Sequence record: ON210139.1
DNA length: 64,000 nt
From: Escherichia phage EC128
Direction: 5' to 3' (one strand)
Shown here: in pieces, positions 29,300 to 39,231 of the stretch
Layout of the letters: each line of letters opens with the position of its first letter
Numbering within the stretch: the first letter of the stretch is position 1
Translations under genes and position numbers: made by a program
The notes under the pieces: model-generated
What the model was told of the DNA's origin: nothing
Databases searched by the model: none
What the model saw: the letters and a program-made list of their open reading frames with translations, nothing else

Positions 29300-29511
29300 T
29301 GCTCGAAGGAACTGATTATATCCATGATTACCGCGGAAGCGCGGTATATGTAGGTGATGAAGTTGTAGTTTATTATGGGTATGGAACTTTGATGACAGCA
29401 AAGGTTATTCAAATTAAAAATAATCGTGCTAAACTTGAAGTTTATTATTCTAATGGTGAAAAGTCTATTTCTAAGTGGAAATATGGCGATTGTATGGTCA
29501 AACTGGGGTAA
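29296..29511 (+). CDS. hypothetical small protein
   Basis: 71 aa, ATGA coupling to nrdC. Confidence 0.5.
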   Translation: MMLEGTDYIHDYRGSAVYVGDEVVVYYGYGTLMTAKVIQIKNNRAKLEVYYSNGEKSISKWKYGDCMVKLG

Positions 29512-29513
29512 AT

Positions 29514-29684
29514 ATGATTTACGATATTAATGTAGCAAGAGCTCCGTCAATGGTTACTATTCCTGCTAAAGAACTAGATCGTCTTCATAAAATTGAAGAA
29601 CTTCTTTGGGAAATTGAATCTGATTTGCCATCAGGATTAGAATCCTGGATTGATTATGAAGAACTTAATAAGCTTCGGGGTTAA
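29514..29684 (+). CDS. hypothetical acidic small protein
   Basis: 56 aa from ATG 29514. Confidence 0.4.
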   Translation: MIYDINVARAPSMVTIPAKELDRLHKIEELLWEIESDLPSGLESWIDYEELNKLRG

Positions 29685-29806
29685 ACCTTGGTGGGCGGCT
29701 AGATGGGAAACTGTAGAGCCAGAGCCGGAAGAACCGGTTTACACTGATGAAGAAACAGTATATAATGAACCAACGATAAATGACTTAATTGATATGGAGA
29801 TGGGAC

Positions 29807-30292
29807 ATGATTACAGTAGATAAGTGGTTTAGAATTAATCGTGCTGATACAGGGCTATGTAATTACTGGCCGGAACTTAGTGCAGGTACTGTCTTTAAAG
29901 TTCGTGAACTTGCAAAAGAATGTGAAGATGATATAGAGCCTGACACTGGAATTGTTGAAATTGAACTTTCCGACGGAAAGATTATTAATATCTATGATAA
30001 GCCAATTACATATTGGTGCTTATGGAATACTGAATCAGTCGAAAATGGCGAAATTGAAGAAGTTGTAGAGCGAACTAATCAAGTTGTTCAGAAGCCTAAA
30101 GCCGATTTTCAAGGTGAACGTATTTCATACGCACTAGCTAAATTAGCTGCGCAAGAAAATAACGATGGCTATGAAGGTAACCTGATGCAAGCTGCCGCAG
30201 AGTACATTGAATGGCTTGAAACTCAAATTTCTTTTTCTGACCAAAAGATTCGGCAATATAAGCGATTGAATCAAATGTTTTACAATACTTGA
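29807..30292 (+). CDS. pin: Pin-like protein (host protease inhibitor position)
   Basis: 161 aa from ATG 29807; just upstream of gene 49; assigned by size and synteny. Confidence 0.5.
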   Translation: MITVDKWFRINRADTGLCNYWPELSAGTVFKVRELAKECEDDIEPDTGIVEIELSDGKIINIYDKPITYWCLWNTESVENGEIEEVVERTNQVVQKPKADFQGERISYALAKLAAQENNDGYEGNLMQAAAEYIEWLETQISFSDQKIRQYKRLNQMFYNT

Positions 30293-30333
30293 AAATAATA
30301 AATACCCTTATCTATTTAAGGTAAGGGTTTATT

Positions 30334-30807
30334 ATGTTATTGACTGGCAAATTATATAAAAAAGAAAAACAGAAATTTTATGATGCACAAAATGGTAAAT
30401 GCTTAATTTGCCAACGAGAACTAAATCCTGACGTTCAAGCTAATCACCTCGACCATGACCATGAATTAAATGGACCAAAAGCAGGAAAGGTACGTGGATT
30501 GCTTTGTAATCTATGCAATGCCGCAGAAGGTCAAATGAAGCATAAATTTAATCGTTCTGGCTTAAAGGGACAGGGTGTTGATTATCTTGAATGGTTAGAA
30601 AATTTACTTACTTACTTAAAATCCGATTACACCCAAAATAATATTCACCCTAACTTCGTTGGAGATAAATCAAAGGAATTTTCTCGTTTAGGAAAAGAGG
30701 AAATGATGGCTGAGATGCTTCAAAGAGGATTTGAATATAATGAATCTGACACCAAAACACAATTAATAGCTTCATTTAAGAAGCAGCTTAGAAAGAGTTT
30801 AAAATGA
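30334..30807 (+). CDS. 49: endonuclease VII (Holliday-junction resolvase)
   Basis: 157 aa; CLICQ...HLDHDH...CNLCN His-Me finger/zinc motif. Confidence 0.9.
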   Translation: MLLTGKLYKKEKQKFYDAQNGKCLICQRELNPDVQANHLDHDHELNGPKAGKVRGLLCNLCNAAEGQMKHKFNRSGLKGQGVDYLEWLENLLTYLKSDYTQNNIHPNFVGDKSKEFSRLGKEEMMAEMLQRGFEYNESDTKTQLIASFKKQLRKSLK

Positions 30808-31341
30808 CAATTGAAAAAGAAATTGAAGGATTGATTCATAAAACTAATAAAGACCTTTTGAACGAGAATGCTAATAAAGATTCTCGTGTTTTTCCAACTC
30901 AACGGGACCTTATGGCTGGTATTGTGTCTAAACACATTGCCAAAAATATGGTCCCGTCTTTTATTATGAAAGCGCATGAAAGCGGAATTATCCATTTCCA
31001 TGATATTGATTATTCCCCTGCTCTTCCATTTACTAATTGCTGTTTAGTAGATTTAAAAGGAATGCTTGAGAACGGATTTAAGCTCGGTAATGCACAGATT
31101 GAAACTCCTAAATCAATTGGCGTTGCTACTGCAATTATGGCACAAATTACTGCACAGGTTGCTTCCCATCAATATGGCGGAACGACTTTTGCGAATGTAG
31201 ATAAAGTACTTTCTCCTTATGTTAAACGCACCTATGCAAAACATATTGAAGATGCAGAAAAATGGCAAATCGCCGATGCGTTGAATTATGCTCAATCTAA
31301 AACAGAAAAAGACGTATACGATGCATTCCAAGCTTATGAGT
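30804..31341 (+). CDS. nrdD: anaerobic ribonucleotide reductase NrdD, exon 1
   Basis: Frame runs to 31349 but homology to exon 2 resumes at 32381; splice after U31341 inferred. Confidence 0.8.
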
Positions 31342-31545
31342 TAACGTAAGTCAAGCTCATGTAAAATCTGCCTAAAACGGGAAACTCTCACTGAGACAAT
31401 CCGTTGCTAAATCAGCGGTAGCTGTAAATGCCCAACGACTATCCCTGATGAATGTAAGGGAGTAGGGTCAAGCGACCCGAAACGGCAGACAACTCTTAGA
31501 GTTGAAGATATAGTCTGAACTGCATGGCGACATGCAGCTGTTTAT

Positions 31546-31569
31546 CCTCGTATAAATACGAATACGAGG
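31546..31569 (+). promoter_or_regulatory. late promoter TATAAATA embedded in a hairpin that sequesters the intron-ORF RBS
   Basis: CCTCGTA-TAAATACGAA-TACGAGG; GAGG of the stem is the SD for the ATG at 31577. Confidence 0.6.
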
Positions 31570-31576
31570 TGAAACG

Positions 31577-32353
31577 ATGAAATGGAAATTAAGAAAAAGC
31601 TTAAAAATTGACAATTCTGTAGCATTTACCTATATGGTAAGATTTCCTGATAAGTCTTTTTATATAGGTTTTAAAAAATTCAAAACTATATATGGTAAAG
31701 ATACAAATTGGAAAGAATACAATTCGTCATCTAAGCTTGTTAAAGAAAAGCTTAAAGATTATAAAGCTAAGTGGATAATTCTTCAAGTTTTTGATTCTTA
31801 TGAATCGGCCCTTAAACATGAAGAAATGCTTATTAGGAAACATTTTAATAACGAATTTATTCTTAATAAATCTATAGGTGGATATAAATTTAACAAATAT
31901 CCGGATTCAGAAGAACATAAGCAAAAACTTAGTAATGCCCATAAAGGTAAAATCTTATCTTTAAAACATAAAGATAAGATACGAGAGAAATTGATTGAGC
32001 ATTATAAAAATAATAGTAGAAGTGAAGCTCATGTTAAAAATAATATTGGTAGTAGAACGGCTAAAAAGACTGTTTCTATAGCTTTAAAATCCGGAAATAA
32101 ATTTAGAAGTTTTAAATCAGCTGCAAAATTTCTTAAATGCTCTGAAGAACAGGTTAGTAATCATCCAAATGTTATAGATATAAAAATAACAATTCATCCC
32201 GTCCCAGAATATGTTAGAATAAATGACAATATCTATAAATCATTTGTGGATGCTGCTAAAGATTTAAAACTCCACCCAAGTCGTATTAAAGATTTGTGCT
32301 TAGATGACAATTATCCAAATTACATTGTTTCATATAAACGGGTAGAGAAGTAG
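31577..32353 (+). CDS. intron-encoded GIY-YIG homing endonuclease, I-TevII-like
   Basis: 258 aa; FTYMVRFPDKSFYIGF; located inside the nrdD intron. Confidence 0.75.
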   Translation: MKWKLRKSLKIDNSVAFTYMVRFPDKSFYIGFKKFKTIYGKDTNWKEYNSSSKLVKEKLKDYKAKWIILQVFDSYESALKHEEMLIRKHFNNEFILNKSIGGYKFNKYPDSEEHKQKLSNAHKGKILSLKHKDKIREKLIEHYKNNSRSEAHVKNNIGSRTAKKTVSIALKSGNKFRSFKSAAKFLKCSEEQVSNHPNVIDIKITIHPVPEYVRINDNIYKSFVDAAKDLKLHPSRIKDLCLDDNYPNYIVSYKRVEK

Positions 32354-32380
32354 CGAACTCTACTGAACACATTGATGAAG

Positions 32381-33654
32381 TGAACACGTTATTCAGTTCA
32401 AACGGACAAACGCCTTTTGTAACAATTACATTTGGTACGGGAACTGACTGGACTGAACGAATGATTCAGAAAGCAATTTTGAAAAATCGTATTAAAGGTC
32501 TTGGTCGTGATGGGATAACTCCTATTTTCCCTAAGCTTGTTATGTTCGTTGAAGAAGGTGTTAATCTTTATAAAGACGATCCGAACTATGATATTAAGCA
32601 GCTTGCTCTAGAGTGTGCAAGCAAAAGGATGTATCCTGATATTATTTCAGCTAAGAACAATAAAGCTATCACTGGTTCATCTGTTCCTGTTTCTCCAATG
32701 GGTTGCCGTAGTTTCTTGAGCGTATGGAAAGATTCGACTGGTAATGAAATTCTTGATGGACGTAATAATCTTGGTGTTGTAACACTGAATCTTCCTCGCA
32801 TCGCGTTAGATTCTTATATTGGAACACAGTTCAATGAACAGAAATTTGTTGAATTATTCAATGAACGAATGGATTTGTGTTTTGAAGCATTGATGTGTAG
32901 AATTAGTTCCTTAAAAGGAGTTAAAGCTACTGTTGCTCCTATTCTTTACCAAGAAGGTGCATTCGGGGTTCGTCTTAAACCTGATGACGATATAATTGAG
33001 TTATTTAAAAGCGGTAGAAGTTCAGTGTCCCTAGGATACATTGGTATTCACGAATTGAATATTCTTGTTGGTCGTGATATTGGACAAGAAATTTTAACTA
33101 AAATGAATACTCATCTTAAACAATGGACTGAAAGAACTGGTTTTGCTTTTAGTTTGTATTCTACTCCTGCTGAAAACCTGTGCTATCGCTTCTGTAAACT
33201 TGATACCGAAAAATATGGAAGTGTAAAAGATGTTACCGATAAAGGCTGGTACACTAACAGTTTCCACGTTTCGGTAGAAGAAAATATTACTCCATTTGAA
33301 AAGATTTCTCGCGAAGCCCCATATCATTTCATTGCGACAGGTGGTCACATTTCTTATGTTGAACTTCCTGATATGAAAAATAACTTAAAAGGTCTTGAGG
33401 CCGTATGGGATTATGCTGCACAACATTTAGATTATTTTGGTGTTAACATGCCGGTAGATAAATGTTTTACATGCGGAAGTACCCATGAAATGACTCCTAC
33501 TGAAAACGGATTTGTTTGTTCTATTTGTGGAGAAACTGATCCTAAAAAGATGAACACCATAAGAAGAACATGCGGATATCTTGGAACTCCTAGCGTTGTT
33601 CCATGGAATTTAGGTAAAATGAAAGAAATGGTAAAACGAGTAAAACATGCATAG
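32381..33654 (+). CDS. nrdD: anaerobic ribonucleotide reductase NrdD, exon 2
   Basis: Zinc site CFTCGSTH...CSICGE and glycyl-radical motif RRTCGYLG near the C-terminus. Confidence 0.85.
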
Positions 33655-34477
33655 GTATTATATAATTTATAAAATAACAAATATAATTAATTCAAAGGAA
33701 TATATCGGTGCGCATAGCACCGATAACATAAATGACGGTTATATGGGGTCAGGAACATTGATTCGTGCCGCTTTATTAAAATATGGTAGAAAAAATTTTA
33801 ATAAAGAAATTTTACATGTTTTTGATAATGAAAAACAAATGTATGATAAAGAAGCTGAACTTGTAACCGAAGAGTATTGTCTAAAAGAAAATACATATAA
33901 TATTAAACCTGGTGGAAAAGGTGGAACTGCCTATGAACAGACACTTGAACATCGCCGCAAAAATAGTTTAGCAAATAAAGGTAAAAAGAGAACAGAAGAA
34001 ACTAAAATAGCTATTTCACGTGCTTTAAAGAAATATAAACGTACGCCAGAGCATCAAGCAAATTTAAATAAAGCCGTAAGCATAGCTATGAAGCGAAAAG
34101 ATGTTAGAAGTAAATTAGCTGGAGAGCGGTCTGAGAAAGATAAATTATCTATATCAAACGGTGTTAAAAAATATTACAATTCTTTGAGTGAAGAAGAACG
34201 CGAACTTCATCGCAAGCGAATTATTGAAGGTAAAAAGAATTCTCCCATGTCATTGGAATCTAGACAAAAGCTTTCAAAAGCTTTAAAAGGACTTCAAGTT
34301 GGTTCAAAAAATCCAATGTATGGAAAAATTTCTCCAACTAGCAAAACCGTTTCAGTTGACGGTATTAAATATGATTCAATTAAAAAGTGCTCAAATGCCA
34401 TAAAAGTTTCTAGACATCTTATACTAAAACGCTGTAATTCTACTGATGAAGCTTGGAAAAATTGGATATTATTATGA
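33647..34477 (+). CDS. GIY-YIG homing endonuclease (seg-like) between nrdD and nrdG
   Basis: 276 aa; YYIIYKITNIINSKEYIGAHSTDNINDGYMGSG; overlaps the nrdD stop and the nrdG start. Confidence 0.75.
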   Translation: MHRYYIIYKITNIINSKEYIGAHSTDNINDGYMGSGTLIRAALLKYGRKNFNKEILHVFDNEKQMYDKEAELVTEEYCLKENTYNIKPGGKGGTAYEQTLEHRRKNSLANKGKKRTEETKIAISRALKKYKRTPEHQANLNKAVSIAMKRKDVRSKLAGERSEKDKLSISNGVKKYYNSLSEEERELHRKRIIEGKKNSPMSLESRQKLSKALKGLQVGSKNPMYGKISPTSKTVSVDGIKYDSIKKCSNAIKVSRHLILKRCNSTDEAWKNWILL

Positions 34478-34944
34478 ATTATGACAGAATATACCCGTGC
34501 TGCTTTGTGAATGGCCCTGGATGCAGGGTCGTTCTTTTCGTTACAGGTTGTTTGCATAAATGTGAAGGGTGTTATAATAAATCAACATGGAATGCTAGAA
34601 ATGGTGTTCCATTCACTGGTGAAACACTAGAACAATTAATTGAATGTTTGAATAATGATTATATAGAAGGATTGACTATAACCGGAGGTGACCCTCTTTA
34701 TCCTGATAACAGAGACGTGATTCACTCTGTGGTTCAAACTATTAAAAATCTTTATCCCAATAAAAGCATTTGGTTGTGGACAGGATATAAGTTTGAAGAT
34801 ATTAAACAACTAGAAATGCTTAAATATGTTGATGTTATTATTGATGGGAAGTATGAGAAAAATCTTCCGACTAAAAAGCTGTGGCGAGGATCAGATAATC
34901 AGCGACTTTGGTCAAATACCGATGGGGTGTGGACACATGATTAA
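34474..34944 (+). CDS. nrdG: anaerobic RNR activating enzyme NrdG (radical SAM)
   Basis: 156 aa from ATG 34474; CLHKCEGCYN radical-SAM cysteine motif. Confidence 0.85.
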   Translation: MNYDRIYPCCFVNGPGCRVVLFVTGCLHKCEGCYNKSTWNARNGVPFTGETLEQLIECLNNDYIEGLTITGGDPLYPDNRDVIHSVVQTIKNLYPNKSIWLWTGYKFEDIKQLEMLKYVDVIIDGKYEKNLPTKKLWRGSDNQRLWSNTDGVWTHD

Positions 34945-35059
34945 ATTGAATTACATTATGGATACTATAAATGATATGATTTTTCATTTTGGTCCAGAAT
35001 TTTATTCGCAATATAGTTTAGTGCTTATCAATGCTTGGTTAATCAATTAAGGGTAAAAT

Positions 35060-35275
35060 ATGTATAAATTTCGTAAAGGTTTAGCTGATTTTCTTACAAC
35101 TGTAACATTCTTTCTGTTTATGGCAGTTGGAGCTATTTTCCTTATTCCTTTTATTGCTATATTTTTCGTGATTAGTTTAATTTCTCCAGAAAAGGGCTTA
35201 TCTTCTAGTGAGTTCAATGAGCGTCTGGATAAAATTACTAACAAGCTGAATGCGGTTCTTGATAAAAAGGATTAA
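35060..35275 (+). CDS. small membrane protein
   Basis: 71 aa with one long hydrophobic helix. Confidence 0.45.
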   Translation: MYKFRKGLADFLTTVTFFLFMAVGAIFLIPFIAIFFVISLISPEKGLSSSEFNERLDKITNKLNAVLDKKD

Positions 35276-35277
35276 TT

Positions 35278-35589
35278 ATGATTAGTTTTGAGCGGTATGT
35301 AGTAGAGAGTTGGAAGGGTTTTGATATGTTCGGTAATGACTATTATTTTTACGAATGTAGTCTAAATCCTAGTTTTTGGGCTGGACGTGAACGAGATCTC
35401 GAAGAAATTAATGCTCGTGCCGAATTGTTAGGTGAACTGCCTACGGTTTATTTTACCTTTGATGCATCTGGATTTGTTATCCAGGTTTATTTTCCTGAAG
35501 AAAACTCTGGCGAGAATTCTGTTAATCCTCCTTATTGGGCTTACCAAGGAATTATTTCTCGTGGAACAAAACTCGAACTTAAAGAATAA
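35278..35589 (+). CDS. hypothetical protein
   Basis: 103 aa, ATG overlapping the upstream stop. Confidence 0.5.
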   Translation: MISFERYVVESWKGFDMFGNDYYFYECSLNPSFWAGRERDLEEINARAELLGELPTVYFTFDASGFVIQVYFPEENSGENSVNPPYWAYQGIISRGTKLELKE

Positions 35590-35884
35590 GATTGAAGTCT
35601 ATGGAATTCCAGATGAAGTAGGTCGTTGTCCTGGATGTCAATCAGTTACAAAACTTCTAAAGGAGCTCAATGCTCCTTTTACTTTCTATAAAGTTCTTAC
35701 AAATAATGGTAAGATTGAGTATGATCGTCCGCTGATTGTATCTCTTGCTAAACGCGCTGGATTCACATCTCTTAACATTCGTTATCCAGTCATTTTCATT
35801 AATGATTCTAGACAAAAGAACATTAAACACTTCAAAGAAACTCTCATTTCACTTGGATATGATAGAGATATCATAGAAGATTAA
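35588..35884 (+). CDS. glutaredoxin/NrdH-like redoxin frame with no canonical start codon
   Basis: 98 sense codons with CPGC motif and no Met; begins right after the upstream stop in the +1 frame; possible ATT start at 35591. Confidence 0.45.
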   Translation, partial: KIEVYGIPDEVGRCPGCQSVTKLLKELNAPFTFYKVLTNNGKIEYDRPLIVSLAKRAGFTSLNIRYPVIFINDSRQKNIKHFKETLISLGYDRDIIED

Positions 35885-35885
35885 G

Positions 35886-35908
35886 ACGGGCCCTCTGGGC
35901 CTTTCTTT
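35886..35908 (+). terminator. hairpin GGCCC-TCT-GGGCC followed by T-rich tract
   Basis: Short GC stem, TTTCTTTC downstream. Confidence 0.4.
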
Positions 35909-35982
35909 CTCACATTCTGTATATTACCATTCTAAGCTATCGTTCCTTTCTTATCATTCCCTAAAATATTTTTCACAAAGTT

Positions 35983-36020
35983 GTTTACAACAAGTTCAAA
36001 CTATGGTATTATTAACATAT
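35983..36020 (+). promoter_or_regulatory. early promoter
   Basis: tttttcacaaagttgtttaca ... TATGGTATTAT. Confidence 0.55.
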
Positions 36021-36042
36021 GAATTACCTTTGAGGAATTGAT

Positions 36043-36219
36043 ATGGTTGATAAAGAGATTAAAATTGACCAGTATTATCGTGTTAACGGACATATCGTTA
36101 TTGTTACAGCAGTCGATGATCTAGATGTTCATTATACTGTGATTAAATGGAACAAACGTATGATTTGTGATCGTGCTGTATTTAGTTCAGTTGCTAAGGA
36201 AATTAAACTCCATGGGTAA
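36043..36219 (+). CDS. hypothetical small protein
   Basis: 58 aa, GAGGAA RBS. Confidence 0.45.
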   Translation: MVDKEIKIDQYYRVNGHIVIVTAVDDLDVHYTVIKWNKRMICDRAVFSSVAKEIKLHG

Positions 36220-36505
36220 AACGTATCGTCGTAAAGACTTGAAAGTTCGTGATTATGACTATTTCGGAAAGCGTAAAGCTCCTGATGGTGTAAGTCATAA
36301 AGATATGGTTGAAAACATTTTTCGCTCAGATAAATGGCGTAGAATGAAAGGTATTGATTCAGAAGTTAAAGATGAGTTAAATCGTCAATTACGCGGTGAA
36401 GTAAGAAAGTTGAAAAAATCAGTTTACATTGACGATGATTTTGATTATAATACTTCTCAACGAGTTGCTAAACGTAAATCAAACGAGTGTTATCGTTACA
36501 GCTGA
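36212..36505 (+). CDS. basic small protein
   Basis: 97 aa from ATG 36212, Lys/Arg rich. Confidence 0.5.
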   Translation: MGKTYRRKDLKVRDYDYFGKRKAPDGVSHKDMVENIFRSDKWRRMKGIDSEVKDELNRQLRGEVRKLKKSVYIDDDFDYNTSQRVAKRKSNECYRYS

Positions 36506-36512
36506 GGAAAAT

Positions 36513-36644
36513 ATGAATATCAAACGCATGCTTTTTAAACAAGGGTTATACACTTTAAATGTTACTCCAAAAGGCGATACAACTAAGTGGTCAGTAAATG
36601 ACTGGATTAAATTTATTGATGAAAATGGCAATTGGGAAATTTAA
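36513..36644 (+). CDS. hypothetical small protein
   Basis: 43 aa, GAGGAAAA RBS. Confidence 0.35.
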   Translation: MNIKRMLFKQGLYTLNVTPKGDTTKWSVNDWIKFIDENGNWEI

Positions 36645-36845
36645 ATGAATCCTGAATCTAAATTATCGCAGCGAATTGCTGAAGAACGCGCCAAATTTTT
36701 CCAGAACATGAAACACAATGGTATTGAGGATGAAGTTTTTCTAAATTGGTTCTGGAATAATAAGTATGCAGCATGTGAAGGAGCTTTGTCATTGTCAGTC
36801 GCAATGATGTATGAAGGCTGGAAGGGTGCCAAAAAGTTTAGCTAA
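36645..36845 (+). CDS. hypothetical small protein
   Basis: 66 aa, coupled. Confidence 0.5.
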   Translation: MNPESKLSQRIAEERAKFFQNMKHNGIEDEVFLNWFWNNKYAACEGALSLSVAMMYEGWKGAKKFS

Positions 36846-36862
36846 GGGCTTCGGCCCTTTTT
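36845..36862 (+). terminator. rho-independent terminator
   Basis: AGGGC-TTCG-GCCCT then TTTT. Confidence 0.65.
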
Positions 36863-36897
36863 GGATAATAAAATTTTAACGTAATTGAGGATAATGT

Positions 36898-37224
36898 ATG
36901 ACTATTCAAATTAAAAACGCCATCAATTCTTACGCATATGATAAAGTAGTTTCTTTGCTAGAAAAAGGCGATATTGTAACTCCTCAAATTTTGGATAAAT
37001 GGGAAAAAGAGCTTCATCAGACGATGAAACAGAATGATCAGAAGATTGGACGTAATACTGTCCGTGAATTGCTGGTTCAATATATCTTGTCAGAATTTGA
37101 TGTTAAAGCTTTTGGTGTAGAATCTAAAGCTTATCAAAAGCATGAAATTTCCGATAAGACTATTCGTCGCATGAAAAATCAACGCAAGAAAAAATTTGCA
37201 GACCTGAAAATTACTAAGGTATAA
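36898..37224 (+). CDS. hypothetical protein
   Basis: 108 aa, GAGGA RBS. Confidence 0.55.
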   Translation: MTIQIKNAINSYAYDKVVSLLEKGDIVTPQILDKWEKELHQTMKQNDQKIGRNTVRELLVQYILSEFDVKAFGVESKAYQKHEISDKTIRRMKNQRKKKFADLKITKV

Positions 37225-37226
37225 TT

Positions 37227-37442
37227 ATGAACGAAGCTCTTATTAACGATTTGCGTCTTGCTGGATATGAAGTAAATACAAATGGCATTGGTTTAACTCA
37301 AATTGAAGGAAATGGATTCATCCTTGAGTATGAATTTAGCCAATGGTGGTTATACGCTAATTACGGCGAATTGATTGAATACGTTGACCAATTTGATTCA
37401 CTAGATGCAGCTCTCGAAGCGGCTAAGTTGATGAATGTATGA
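37227..37442 (+). CDS. hypothetical acidic small protein
   Basis: 71 aa. Confidence 0.5.
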   Translation: MNEALINDLRLAGYEVNTNGIGLTQIEGNGFILEYEFSQWWLYANYGELIEYVDQFDSLDAALEAAKLMNV

Positions 37443-37708
37443 AATTTATTAATATTTCTATTACTATTGAAAATTATGGCATTTTCTATGTTGACCAATA
37501 CATGAAAATTTCATTTTTCCCAAATAAGACTGGTGTTGGATATTGGGAAAGTCATGTTTCTGAATTAAATGAAAGTGAATATGCTAGCACACATGAAAAG
37601 TTTTTAGACTTTTTATATCATGCTGATTTAACTAGTCATTATATAGATATTCATGAATTTAAAAAGATGATGGAGAAAGTGTTCCAAGCATACTGTTTAC
37701 TTAGATAA
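37439..37708 (+). CDS. hypothetical small protein
   Basis: 89 aa, ATGA coupling. Confidence 0.5.
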   Translation: MKFINISITIENYGIFYVDQYMKISFFPNKTGVGYWESHVSELNESEYASTHEKFLDFLYHADLTSHYIDIHEFKKMMEKVFQAYCLLR

Positions 37709-37788
37709 CTGATTCATCCTCTATGCTTTAAGATAGATCTTCAAATATTATGATATAATAGATCTATGAATTGAGCTAAGAGGTGAAA

Positions 37789-38346
37789 ATGTCAGAAACT
37801 AAGCCTAAATATAATTACGTAAACAATAAAGAGCTTTTACAAGCTATTATTGATTGGAAAACAGAATTAGCAAATAATAAAGACCCAAATAAAGTAGTTC
37901 GTCAGAATGATACTATCGGATTAGCCATTATGCTTATTGCAGAAGGCTTATCTAAACGTTTCAACTTTTCAGGATACACCCAGTCTTGGAAACAAGAAAT
38001 GATTGCAGATGGTGTAGAAGCTTCTATTAAGGGGCTTCACAATTTTGATGAAACGAAATATAAAAACCCACATGCGTATATAACTCAAGCTTGTTTTAAT
38101 GCATTCGTCCAACGTATTAAAAAAGAACGTAAGGAAGTTGCAAAGAAATATAGTTACTTCGTTCACAATGTCTATGACAGCCGTGACGACGATATGGTTG
38201 CGTTAGTAGATGAAACTTTTATTCAAGACATCTACGATAAAATGACGCATTACGAAGAATCAACCTATAGAACACCGGGGGCTGAAAAGAAAAGTGTTGT
38301 AGACGATTCTCCTAGTTTGGATTTTTTATATGAGGCTAACGATTAA
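37789..38346 (+). CDS. 55: late-transcription sigma factor gp55
   Basis: 185 aa from ATG 37789; size and position upstream of a-gt as in T4. Confidence 0.75.
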   Translation: MSETKPKYNYVNNKELLQAIIDWKTELANNKDPNKVVRQNDTIGLAIMLIAEGLSKRFNFSGYTQSWKQEMIADGVEASIKGLHNFDETKYKNPHAYITQACFNAFVQRIKKERKEVAKKYSYFVHNVYDSRDDDMVALVDETFIQDIYDKMTHYEESTYRTPGAEKKSVVDDSPSLDFLYEAND

Positions 38347-38548
38347 CCTCTCCGGATTCTTGGAAGAAATACCTGAAGTTGAAGCTATTCCCTATTTACT
38401 TAAAATGTATCTCAGGGAAGTTTTAGCTCTTGACATTGATATTGATCCAGAAAATCCGTATGATACCGCTTTTAAATCTAATGGTGTAGAATTAAACTAT
38501 CGGTATCATTTAACAGATGATGATTTTTATTTTATATTAGAGAAATAA
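38330..38548 (+). CDS. hypothetical small protein
   Basis: 72 aa, overlaps the gene 55 end. Confidence 0.45.
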   Translation: MRLTINLSGFLEEIPEVEAIPYLLKMYLREVLALDIDIDPENPYDTAFKSNGVELNYRYHLTDDDFYFILEK

Positions 38549-38549
38549 T

Positions 38550-38867
38550 ATGACTGATAAACCCGAAATTAATGATGAAGTGGAAAAGCTTATTTCTTCT
38601 ATTGAAGAAAAGAACCGTCTTGAAGCAGAAAGAAAAGCAAATAAGTTATTGTCTAAAAACAAACGCGAACTGAATCGTCTTTATAAGCACGCTCAGATTG
38701 CAGCTGAAAATAATAATTTTGCTCAATACGAATATGCTATCAAGAAAAGTCGGGATATTCTGAAACAGCCATATAACGATGAACTCATCAGTATTCTTTG
38801 GAAGACTACTAGATCGCAGATTGAGGATATGATTGATGCTTACACACGTAAAATTCAAGCGTCTTAA
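38550..38867 (+). CDS. hypothetical coiled-coil protein
   Basis: 105 aa. Confidence 0.5.
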   Translation: MTDKPEINDEVEKLISSIEEKNRLEAERKANKLLSKNKRELNRLYKHAQIAAENNNFAQYEYAIKKSRDILKQPYNDELISILWKTTRSQIEDMIDAYTRKIQAS

Positions 38868-39039
38868 AATTAATGCAGGATTTACTGAATCTTTGAATGG
38901 TCATCTTTGTGTGAAAATTTCTGAAAAAGAATACCATGATAGTTCAATTAAAGAAGTTAATCCTCCTATTGTAAGAGCAGACCCTAATATGAAAGTGTGG
39001 GTTGATTCTTATCAAGTCAAAAAATGGTGGCAGTTATGA
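38833..39039 (+). CDS. hypothetical small protein
   Basis: 68 aa. Confidence 0.45.
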   Translation: MMLTHVKFKRLKINAGFTESLNGHLCVKISEKEYHDSSIKEVNPPIVRADPNMKVWVDSYQVKKWWQL

Positions 39040-39214
39040 AAGATGAACATCCAGACTTCTGAAATAGATTATAATAAAATTCGTTCCTCTAAAGAGGAAA
39101 TGATGAGACGCTTTAAAGAGTCTCATGATAAAGCTAAAGCAGAAGGAACTATAACATATAAGCGCATAAAATTTAAAAGTTCTAATGAGCCTCTGTATGG
39201 CGTATTATGTGGAT

Positions 39215-39230
39215 AGGAGCTTCGGCTCCT
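39215..39230 (+). terminator. UUCG-tetraloop hairpin AGGAGCTTCGGCTCCT
   Basis: 6-bp stem, weak U tract. Confidence 0.4.
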
Positions 39231-39231
39231 A

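Larger units (their letters stand above)
31342..32380 (+). mobile_element. group I self-splicing intron in nrdD carrying a homing-endonuclease ORF
   Basis: About 1.04 kb interrupting nrdD between ...AYE and NTLFSSNGQ...; structured GC-rich flanks; ends in G; boundaries +/- a few nt. Confidence 0.75.

Noticed and set aside
29680-29823. Acidic open frame (VKPWWAARWETVEPEPEEP…) between 29684 and the pin start
   Set aside because: No start codon or ribosome-binding site, and it overlaps the better-supported pin start; treated as non-coding.
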